Origin: a virus
Lineage: Duplodnaviria; Caudoviricetes
Virus record (IMG/VR): IMGVR_UViG_3300042291_000844
Span: 64,001-128,000 of that record
Reading direction: 5' to 3' (one strand)
Length of the DNA stretch: 64,000 bases
A program made the position numbers and the translations under genes. Each line of letters starts with the position of its first letter. The first letter of the stretch is position 1. The notes under the pieces were generated by a model. It searched no databases, was not told the origin of the DNA, and saw nothing but the letters and a program-made list of their open reading frames with translations. Positions 17,871-25,588 of the stretch are shown one piece after another.

Positions 17871-19520
17871 TTAGTCTTGTGCTTTTATTTCTGCTCTATT
17901 GTGTACTAATATTCCATTACCAAAATAAACATCATCTTCTTCAATTCCAAGTGATACTGTATTTAAACTTTCATTTATTATATCGATGGTTTCAATTAAT
18001 ATAAATTCATCATTATTATTTAATAATAAATCACCTTCTATTAAATTTTTAACCTGTAAGAATATTACTTCATTATTTCTTTTAACTAAAATTGGATGTT
18101 CGTATGTTACTCTTAATAATCCATTATTTATGGAATAATACCAACTATATGAACCGTGAATTAATCTATTAACTACCGAAGTTGATTTTGTATATTGTAA
18201 ATCGTTAGTTGCAAATATTTCCCAATTTTCTTCTATATTTTTATCTAATCCTGTTATAGAAAGACTCATTACCACATCTCCCATTTCTAAATTTTCAATT
18301 AATTTAGTAGAACCATCACTCATTAAAATTTCACTTCCATATGATAAACAAGGAGCACAACCTGAATTCTGACATTCTTGTAAACTTGTGTATATACCAA
18401 ATACATTATCAATTTCACATACCCCATTATTACAACTATATAAATCCCCAACCGGTGGGAAATAAGTAGGTACAGTTGGTATAGTTGGAGCTACATAAGT
18501 AGGAGTTACATCCGGAGCCGGAGTTACTTGTGGTGTTACATTTGGAGCAGCGTCACAATTTATATTTCTAACTTCAACCACCGATATATTATACGAACTA
18601 TCGTACACCGCAACATAATAATTTCCATTTGCTAATTGATATGCACTTTGATTTAAATTATATGCGTTAGGGTCATTAAAATTAATTGCTTGATTACCAA
18701 TGTGATAAACATAATTTCCAGAACCACCACTTACGGTCACTATATCAATATATCCATTACCTGCATAACCAAAACAACCTACATTAAGTGTCATTGATAA
18801 GAAATACGCAGCAGGAGTAACATTTGGAGCTGGAGTTACTTGTGGTGTAACATTTGGAGCTGGAGTTACTTGTGGTGTAACATTTGGAGCTGGAGTTACT
18901 TGTGGCGTTACGTTTGGAGCCGGAGTTACTTGTGGTGTTATGGCTGGTGATGGAGTAAATCCACAAGCCAATGCACATGTGTTATATCGAGTAGTCTTTA
19001 ATAAAACTGCAATACCTGGAGATGCTTGGTCAAGAATTTTATAATTATAAGTCAACTCATTATCAGCAGTTCTATAAAATCTATTTAATAAAACAGTTGT
19101 ATCAATTGGAAATGCAACAAGTACTTCAGATTGTGAAACTGTACCACAATTACTACACACATATTCATCTGCTAAATAAAAATCATATGGGTAATATGCA
19201 GGTGTAACATTTGGAGCAGGAGTTACCTGTGGTGTAACATTTGGAGCTGGAGTTACTTGTGGTGTTACATTAGGAGCAGGTGTTACGTTTGGAGCCGGAG
19301 TTACTTGTGGTGTTACGTTTGGAGCCGGAGTTACTTGTGGTGTAACATTTGGACTTGGTGAACCGCTACCCCTACCATAAAACTCATCCATCCCATGCGG
19401 TTTTGTAGGAATTCCATAAGCAATCGCAGCAGTATCTAAATCTATTTGAGTACCAGATGGGACAGCCCTATCGGTATTCATATTATCCATTGAAATTTGT
19501 CCTGATGCTGGTAACGCCAT
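17871..19520 (-). CDS. Putative virion/tail-fibre-associated protein with Pro/Thr-rich repeats and C-terminal Hint domain
   Basis: N-terminal MALPASGQISM...GMDEFYG of the type that follows S74 tail fibres; (PNVTPQVTPA)n blocks; CLSYGSEILMSDGS...GNGILVHN; TAATG overlap with the fibre gene. Confidence 0.8.
   Translation of the reverse strand: MALPASGQISMDNMNTDRAVPSGTQIDLDTAAIAYGIPTKPHGMDEFYGRGSGSPSPNVTPQVTPAPNVTPQVTPAPNVTPAPNVTPQVTPAPNVTPQVTPAPNVTPAYYPYDFYLADEYVCSNCGTVSQSEVLVAFPIDTTVLLNRFYRTADNELTYNYKILDQASPGIAVLLKTTRYNTCALACGFTPSPAITPQVTPAPNVTPQVTPAPNVTPQVTPAPNVTPQVTPAPNVTPAAYFLSMTLNVGCFGYAGNGYIDIVTVSGGSGNYVYHIGNQAINFNDPNAYNLNQSAYQLANGNYYVAVYDSSYNISVVEVRNINCDAAPNVTPQVTPAPDVTPTYVAPTIPTVPTYFPPVGDLYSCNNGVCEIDNVFGIYTSLQECQNSGCAPCLSYGSEILMSDGSTKLIENLEMGDVVMSLSITGLDKNIEENWEIFATNDLQYTKSTSVVNRLIHGSYSWYYSINNGLLRVTYEHPILVKRNNEVIFLQVKNLIEGDLLLNNNDEFILIETIDIINESLNTVSLGIEEDDVYFGNGILVHNRAEIKAQD
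17898..18350 (-). other. Hint (Hedgehog/intein-like, BIL-type) autoprocessing domain, 151 aa
   Basis: Starts Cys (CLSYGSEILMSDGSTKLIENL..GD), has TYEHP (TxxH) block, ends ILVHN; +1 residue is Arg and only 8 aa follow. Confidence 0.85.
18500..18550 (-). repeat. Coding repeat block 3 (APNVTPQVTPAPDVTP)
   Basis: Direct reading. Confidence 0.85.
18811..18957 (-). repeat. Coding tandem repeat block 2 (AITPQVTPA, 3x PNVTPQVTPA, PNVTPA)
   Basis: Direct reading of 30-nt repeats. Confidence 0.95.
19198..19353 (-). repeat. Coding tandem repeat block 1, 30-nt unit encoding PNVTPQVTPA (4 full units plus 2 short PNVTPA)
   Basis: Direct reading, e.g. ggtgtaacatttggagctggagttacttgt on + strand, with synonymous variants. 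Confidence 0.95.
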
Positions 19521-22500
19521 TACTTATTCTCTTTTAACTCGTTAATTTCTTTTTTTAATTCCTTAATACATTCAACTAATAAAGGTACGATTTTTTCGTA
19601 TTTTATAGCAAGATATCCATCATCTCTTATTGCAACAACTTCAGGTAGAATTCCTTGTACTTGTTGAGCAATTAAACCCACATCGTGTTTTCTAAAAAAA
19701 TAATCATCTTCACCCTTACCATTACTTTCTCTTTGGATATATTCATCTGTCCAATCAAATTCTACTCCATCTAATTTTTCTATTTTATCAAGTGCGTTAT
19801 CTATTGGTATAATATTTTCTTTTAATCTTTTATCTGATGATGCAAATGCAGTTATGTTTCCTGTTGCAGTAATACCACCTCCGACTTCTACAAAAGTATC
19901 TTGAACTGTTCTTGCAACTTTAATATACCTAAGATTACTTGCTACGACTTGAAACCCACCGGGAACTAATTCTACTCTATTATCATCCTTCGATAATGTT
20001 ATTGAATTAATTTTAGGAGTATTGAATGATACATATAATGAAAATGTAGATACCGAACCAAAATAATCACGAGATACAGTTGAAAACGCAGTACTAATAT
20101 ATGGTACAAAATAATATGTTGTTGAAGCAGCAGCAGTAAAGTTTCCCTGAAACGTCCTTGAAGTACCCGTACCATCTGACCCATATACACCAACTGATTT
20201 AGAATAAGAAGTAGTATCCTCAAAGTCATCAATTCCACCAAAAGTTGTTCCAAAATTTGCAACTTCAGTACCAGTGGTACTACCTGCTCTAACCGATACA
20301 CCTGCAGTGATTTGAGTGTTTGCAAAATTTATTTTTGATTGCTGACCTCCGAAGTAGTATTGGTAAGGATTGTAAGGGTCATAAGCTTGTGTAATGTATG
20401 CAGTTACTGCCGCTAATTGTGCTTGACTTATTACGATATCCAGATTATATATTCCCGCATTAGTTATAGTTACAGCAGGAGCAGAGGTTAAACTATAAAG
20501 TCCCCCAGCTAGTATGTTGACACTAAGATAAGTACTACTAGCATTATTTGCTGTTTGAACATCATTAAGAGTGGCGGTATGGGGGATACCAGAGGTTGTT
20601 ATCCCTGAACCACCTGTTCCAAAATTGGTCAATGAAGCCTGATTACTTACTAATACTCTTAAAGTGTTAGATGTATCATAAATTTCTAAACCAGGAGTTG
20701 TTGCTGATGGATTTAATTTTATACTATTAGAATTAGATGAGAGGGTTGTTTGGTTAATTGTCCACCCACCGATAACCCCAGCACCTGCAGTAATAGTAGC
20801 ACCGGTAATCGTACCACCGGTAATACTACCACCGGTAATACTACCACCATTAATACTAGTTCCAGTTATAGTACTAGCAGCAAGTGTTCCACTAATTGTT
20901 GCACCCGCGGCATTTAGTACGCCGGCCGCAGTTACACTAAATGGTGCAGAATTAAATGCGGAATTTCCTAACCAAATTCCAGTTGTATCTGCTTTAAAAA
21001 TACTAGTTCCACTTCCGATTGAAATTGTACCTCCACTAAGTTCACCTGTAAATGTACCCGCACCATTAATAGTTAAAGATGAACCATCCCATTTTAATGA
21101 ATTAGTAGCAGATTTTAAAGATAATCTATATACGGGTGCGTTACTAACATTAACTACCCCCATAAAAATACCATTTACATCGTATCCTTGTGAACCAGCA
21201 GTTGCACTTTGACCGATAGATATATACGGATATGCACTACCACCTGCTAAAGTAATATTTGCTGCTGCCATTGCACCATTCGAATTCGTACCAATGTTTA
21301 AAGTTTTTTGAACAAACGAATCTTCAAATATACCTATTTTAGCTGCTACAAAGAAATCCTGTGCACCTAACGATATCCAACCCGTTTGTGCTGCTTGATG
21401 TGGTGCACCATTTATTACATTTCCTGTTGCTGAAAGATGTTGTCTAGTTGTTGCGTAATATGTATTATAAGGAGCATTTCCATCCGAACTCCATAAGACA
21501 GTATCTCTTCTACCAGTCCCCGTTGTTAACCCATCTGAAAATTGATATGTTCTACCACTCACCCAAACTCCGGTATGAACCACACCAGGACCGGTCTGAC
21601 CATTGGCACCCGGTGAACCATCATCTCCATCAGTTCCATTCGTTCCATTCGTTCCATTTACTACTTTTGTAAATCTAACAACAATAGTTTGAGAACCACT
21701 CGTTCCTTCACTATCGGTATAACTAACTACGATAGTAGCAGAAGCCTCTGCCGCATTCATTACAGCTGTGGAAGTATTTAATATATTATTATTTCCACCT
21801 ATGTTTGGATTTGTTGAAAACCCACTATATGTCGCAGTCATTGAATCAAATCTACTAGTAGTTCCTTCTAATGCAGAAATTGTAACATTTGTTAAAGTTC
21901 CTGTTTGAGTACCTGCAGAATTTGCTAATACTGATTGTGCTTGCGGTGTTGCAGTTACTATAATATTTGGAACTGCTTTTTTAACTTTTGATAAACTTAA
22001 CGTATCAGTTAAAGTCCTACTCGTTCCTTCCGAATCAGTTACTACTGCAGTTATTGTAATCGTAGATGAAGCTACCCCACTTGGTAATGTTCGTAAACCA
22101 AGAACTGGGTCTGAAACTAATCGTATCAACCCACTTGCGGCAGTTGTTGCTATTGATGCAATATCCGAAGATGTTGCAGTCAATGACGTTATTGTTTTAT
22201 TTGTTGTAGACCCATTATAAGTTTCTTTTACAATTACACTTACATCTACAAAGGGGTCTAATTGAACTCCTGTTGACTTTGCAGTTACACTTTGGTCTTT
22301 TGGTGTTGATGATATAGCTAAAACCGGTGCAGCCTTTTTAATTTTTGTTAATGAAACACCTCCAAATACATTTCTACTAGTTCCTTCGGAATCCGTTACC
22401 GAGCCCGTTATAGAAAGTTCAACCGAATCCGTTCCGGTTACCATATTTGGATATGCTAAATTTGTAGTTGTTTTTGTTATAGGTGTAAATGCTGAACTAC

Positions 22501-25333
22501 TATTAATTGTTGGTGCATTTGCTAAAGTTAGGGTTGAGGTAACCCCATTATATTGTTCTTTTACTGATAAACTAGAATTAGCAAATGCAGTAATTTGTGT
22601 ACCTATTGATGTTGAATCAGTTGATTGATTATTATTTCCAATTACAAATTCTAATACAGGTGCAGCTTTTTTAACTTTTGAATAAGTTATTTCTTTTGAA
22701 GAACTAATTATAGTTCCACCGCCATCCTGATATTTTACTAATAAAGTCAAAGAACCACTATCTTGACTTAAAGCATTTATTGAATAATTTGTTCCGTTAA
22801 ATGTATTAGCAGTTAAACCTGAAGTTGTTAAAATACTTGCACTAAATGAATTATTAGTAATAGGAGATGCATAACTTATAACTTCATTACCAACTTTAAC
22901 TGTTATAGAACCGCTACTTGCAACAAACCCGCCTATTACCGAACCAACCGAATTAGCAGGAAAAGATGTATTCTCATTACTTGTTGCAACTGAAAACCCA
23001 TCTAATATTTTTATGGGAGTTATTTTAATTGCATCTGAAAATTTATTTCCAAATTGGTCAGAACCAGTTATTGAATAAACCGCTTCTCCAATTCTATAAT
23101 CAAAATTAGTTCCGTTTATAATATATGTATCTACTCCATTTGTTGGATTAGCCACCCCAACTTGTGTTAATAATGGTGCAGGATATAAAACCGAAGATGA
23201 TACTATATTTACCTCTAATGGAGTTGAAGCAGATGCTAAATTTTTTCTTTTAGCTTCTATTGTTATTATTTGACCACTTGGATTTAGGGATAAATCAGTT
23301 GCTTTATAAATAAATTGATTTGTATTTGCAGTTACAAATACACCAGGTGCGTTATCACCATCTTCAAATCTATAAATGGTTTCAAACTCATTTAATCCAT
23401 CACATGATGCAGTATAAGTTATAGAACCAACTAATACCGATGCAACACTACCACTAAAATTAGCAATAGTTAAACTTGCACCACCCTCTCCTGCGTTTGT
23501 TAAAAGACCAGGATATGTTCCCGCATAACTAGCAGGAACTATATAATTACCATTTGAATCAAACGCAGCTGATGCGTAAGTAACTGAACCTGTTAAATTT
23601 TGTTTTGTTACTTTAAATCCAATTTGTTGAAAAGCAGGATTACCAAATGAACCACTGCTAAAACGAAATGCAGTTCTATCTGATTCAAATGTTAAGATTT
23701 TTGATGTGGTTGTAAAACTATTACCACCATTAAATGTTTTTGAAGTTTTTACATCAACGGGAATATAGTTGTTATTTATATCGTAAAATTCAAATTTGAA
23801 ATCATATGTCTCACTTGCAAGTTTACGAGGAATATCTTGTATTAAAGTAAATTCATCAGGTGAAAATGAAGTTTCTTGTGCGTTTTGTAAACTTACATTT
23901 GCCAAATACCAATCATCCCCCGCAAACTCAAATACTAATTTAGCATCTCCGGTCTTAGTGGCCTTTACATTTTGAGTTACGTTTTGTTTTGTAGTATATA
24001 TCGCCGAATTAGTGACATTTACAATAGTTTGTTGCGGATACGCCGAACCACTAAAATAAGCTTTTAAAGTTTTAGTTGAATCATTTGAACCACTTAGGAG
24101 TGTTTTAAATGAAAGGGTATACTCTACGCCCTCAGTCAGAGACAGGGATTGGGATGTGATTAAAAGGGCGGTATTATCATAATTTGTACCACTATAATCT
24201 ACGTGAACCGATGCGTTTAATTTATCAACATTTATTGTCATTGGATGTGTATTCGAACCACTTACCCAATAATTTTTTATATTTGTATCCGTAAACTGAC
24301 CGTAAGATAATTCCGTAGTAGCAGTTGTAGTTACATCTTTTAGTATTTCTGATGATTCTAATTTAGTATCTTGTATGAACTGATAATCACCAACTTCGTT
24401 TCTAGATTTTCTATAAACCTTTACTCTTGCTACATCACCAACAAATGTTTTTAAATCTGATAATTGAATTTTAGCAAAAGAACCCGTCAATGCTGATGTT
24501 TCAAATGTTTGTCCTTCAATGTGGTCAAATGTAGTTGTATATGCCGTAGCAGGAAAATTTGAAACGGAGGATGATATTAGATACGGAACATCTACAAATA
24601 CCTCTTTATTATTTAGGACTTCTCTTACAGTTGCGGAATACCCTAGTGATGGTATTTCTATCGTATTTTCATCAACTGATGATGTCCAATTTGAACCATC
24701 AGTAATTTTCAATTTATATAAAGTTCCGGCTGTCCAATTTCTAATATCAGTACCATACACCGGTTGTTGTGGTATACCCTCAACCAATCCCGTTTGAGTA
24801 ATTGATGGGGTTGTTATGTTAAAAATGGGCTTGTTTATCTCATCAATTGTAATTTTAGGTCTTTGGTAAAACCTAACAATAGTTTCATTAGCAAGATTTT
24901 TATTTACATTAAACGTTCTTTCCCACTTAATATTATAGATACCACGCCACTCTTCAGGAACATCCCTAACTACTCCATTCTCGTCAATATAGGTCTTTAA
25001 TTCACCTAATACAGTAATTTTTCCTAAACCAATAGGAGTATCCTCATAGACGTGAACTGATACAATTTTTGAAATTCCTTCGTAATATTCTGGTATACCA
25101 TTACCCGGCTCGTAATAAATCGGTGTTCCGGTTACGTCCAATATCTCAATCTTAATTTCAGTTGTTTCCTTTAAATGCTCAGAACCCTCTATAAGAAACC
25201 CATTCTTACCACCGGTGAGGGTATCTTTGAATTCGGTTATTCTAAAATATTCAGACGTTCTAACTTGGTCATTTATAAATGTACCAAAGTTTGATAAGTT
25301 TTGATACGAAGCGAACGATTTAATTATTGCCAT
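19520..25333 (-). CDS. Long tail fibre/spike with C-terminal peptidase S74 intramolecular chaperone
   Basis: C-terminal FASSDKRLKENI..I.NAL.KI..L.GV.FDW...DVGLIAQQVQ.ILPEVV...L.IKYEKIVPLLVECIKEL; internal KVKKAAP repeats of about 100 aa, a short G-X-Y run, S/T-I-T-G-G pentapeptides. Confidence 0.9.
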   Translation of the reverse strand: MAIIKSFASYQNLSNFGTFINDQVRTSEYFRITEFKDTLTGGKNGFLIEGSEHLKETTEIKIEILDVTGTPIYYEPGNGIPEYYEGISKIVSVHVYEDTPIGLGKITVLGELKTYIDENGVVRDVPEEWRGIYNIKWERTFNVNKNLANETIVRFYQRPKITIDEINKPIFNITTPSITQTGLVEGIPQQPVYGTDIRNWTAGTLYKLKITDGSNWTSSVDENTIEIPSLGYSATVREVLNNKEVFVDVPYLISSSVSNFPATAYTTTFDHIEGQTFETSALTGSFAKIQLSDLKTFVGDVARVKVYRKSRNEVGDYQFIQDTKLESSEILKDVTTTATTELSYGQFTDTNIKNYWVSGSNTHPMTINVDKLNASVHVDYSGTNYDNTALLITSQSLSLTEGVEYTLSFKTLLSGSNDSTKTLKAYFSGSAYPQQTIVNVTNSAIYTTKQNVTQNVKATKTGDAKLVFEFAGDDWYLANVSLQNAQETSFSPDEFTLIQDIPRKLASETYDFKFEFYDINNNYIPVDVKTSKTFNGGNSFTTTSKILTFESDRTAFRFSSGSFGNPAFQQIGFKVTKQNLTGSVTYASAAFDSNGNYIVPASYAGTYPGLLTNAGEGGASLTIANFSGSVASVLVGSITYTASCDGLNEFETIYRFEDGDNAPGVFVTANTNQFIYKATDLSLNPSGQIITIEAKRKNLASASTPLEVNIVSSSVLYPAPLLTQVGVANPTNGVDTYIINGTNFDYRIGEAVYSITGSDQFGNKFSDAIKITPIKILDGFSVATSNENTSFPANSVGSVIGGFVASSGSITVKVGNEVISYASPITNNSFSASILTTSGLTANTFNGTNYSINALSQDSGSLTLLVKYQDGGGTIISSSKEITYSKVKKAAPVLEFVIGNNNQSTDSTSIGTQITAFANSSLSVKEQYNGVTSTLTLANAPTINSSSAFTPITKTTTNLAYPNMVTGTDSVELSITGSVTDSEGTSRNVFGGVSLTKIKKAAPVLAISSTPKDQSVTAKSTGVQLDPFVDVSVIVKETYNGSTTNKTITSLTATSSDIASIATTAASGLIRLVSDPVLGLRTLPSGVASSTITITAVVTDSEGTSRTLTDTLSLSKVKKAVPNIIVTATPQAQSVLANSAGTQTGTLTNVTISALEGTTSRFDSMTATYSGFSTNPNIGGNNNILNTSTAVMNAAEASATIVVSYTDSEGTSGSQTIVVRFTKVVNGTNGTNGTDGDDGSPGANGQTGPGVVHTGVWVSGRTYQFSDGLTTGTGRRDTVLWSSDGNAPYNTYYATTRQHLSATGNVINGAPHQAAQTGWISLGAQDFFVAAKIGIFEDSFVQKTLNIGTNSNGAMAAANITLAGGSAYPYISIGQSATAGSQGYDVNGIFMGVVNVSNAPVYRLSLKSATNSLKWDGSSLTINGAGTFTGELSGGTISIGSGTSIFKADTTGIWLGNSAFNSAPFSVTAAGVLNAAGATISGTLAASTITGTSINGGSITGGSITGGTITGATITAGAGVIGGWTINQTTLSSNSNSIKLNPSATTPGLEIYDTSNTLRVLVSNQASLTNFGTGGSGITTSGIPHTATLNDVQTANNASSTYLSVNILAGGLYSLTSAPAVTITNAGIYNLDIVISQAQLAAVTAYITQAYDPYNPYQYYFGGQQSKINFANTQITAGVSVRAGSTTGTEVANFGTTFGGIDDFEDTTSYSKSVGVYGSDGTGTSRTFQGNFTAAASTTYYFVPYISTAFSTVSRDYFGSVSTFSLYVSFNTPKINSITLSKDDNRVELVPGGFQVVASNLRYIKVARTVQDTFVEVGGGITATGNITAFASSDKRLKENIIPIDNALDKIEKLDGVEFDWTDEYIQRESNGKGEDDYFFRKHDVGLIAQQVQGILPEVVAIRDDGYLAIKYEKIVPLLVECIKELKKEINELKENK

Positions 25334-25353
25334 TGGAATCCTTTGTTATAGCA

Positions 25354-25361
25354 ATAAATAT
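25354..25361 (-). promoter_or_regulatory. Putative late-promoter motif (TACTT)ATATTTAT upstream of tail-fibre operon
   Basis: 20 nt upstream of ATG 25333. Confidence 0.6.
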
Positions 25362-25380
25362 AAGTAAAAAAGATTGTATT

Positions 25381-25388
25381 ATATTTAT
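25381..25388 (+). promoter_or_regulatory. Putative late-promoter motif ATATTTAT for the plus-strand RHH gene
   Basis: Back-to-back with the minus-strand motif; 29 nt upstream of ATG 25418. Confidence 0.5.
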
Positions 25389-25417
25389 TCTATGGAAACC
25401 CATAGAAACCAATAGAA

Positions 25418-25588
25418 ATGAACAAATATACGACAATTCAAATAAAAAAAGATACCCATGCACTTCTACAAGAATATTGTAGAGAACACGGGTATACGTT
25501 AAGTGGGTTGGTAGACTCGTTAATTAAACAAAGAATTAACAAACCTAAACCAACCAATATATTAGCGGTTAAAACTTTACATAGCTAA
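25418..25588 (+). CDS. Small ribbon-helix-helix DNA-binding protein (56 aa), only credible plus-strand gene
   Basis: Below ORF-track cutoff. My translation: MNKYTTIQIKKDTHALLQEYCREHGYTLSGLVDSLIKQRINKPKPTNILAVKTLHS; ATATTTAT motif on + strand 29 nt upstream. Confidence 0.7.
   Translation: MNKYTTIQIKKDTHALLQEYCREHGYTLSGLVDSLIKQRINKPKPTNILAVKTLHS

Noticed and set aside
17898-18350. Canonical splicing intein
   Set aside because: The +1 residue is Arg, there is no endonuclease domain and only 8 aa follow; treated as a BIL-type Hint instead
18500-19353. CRISPR array or DGR template from the 30-nt repeats
   Set aside because: Repeats are contiguous, in frame and have no spacers; no reverse transcriptase or cas gene in the window
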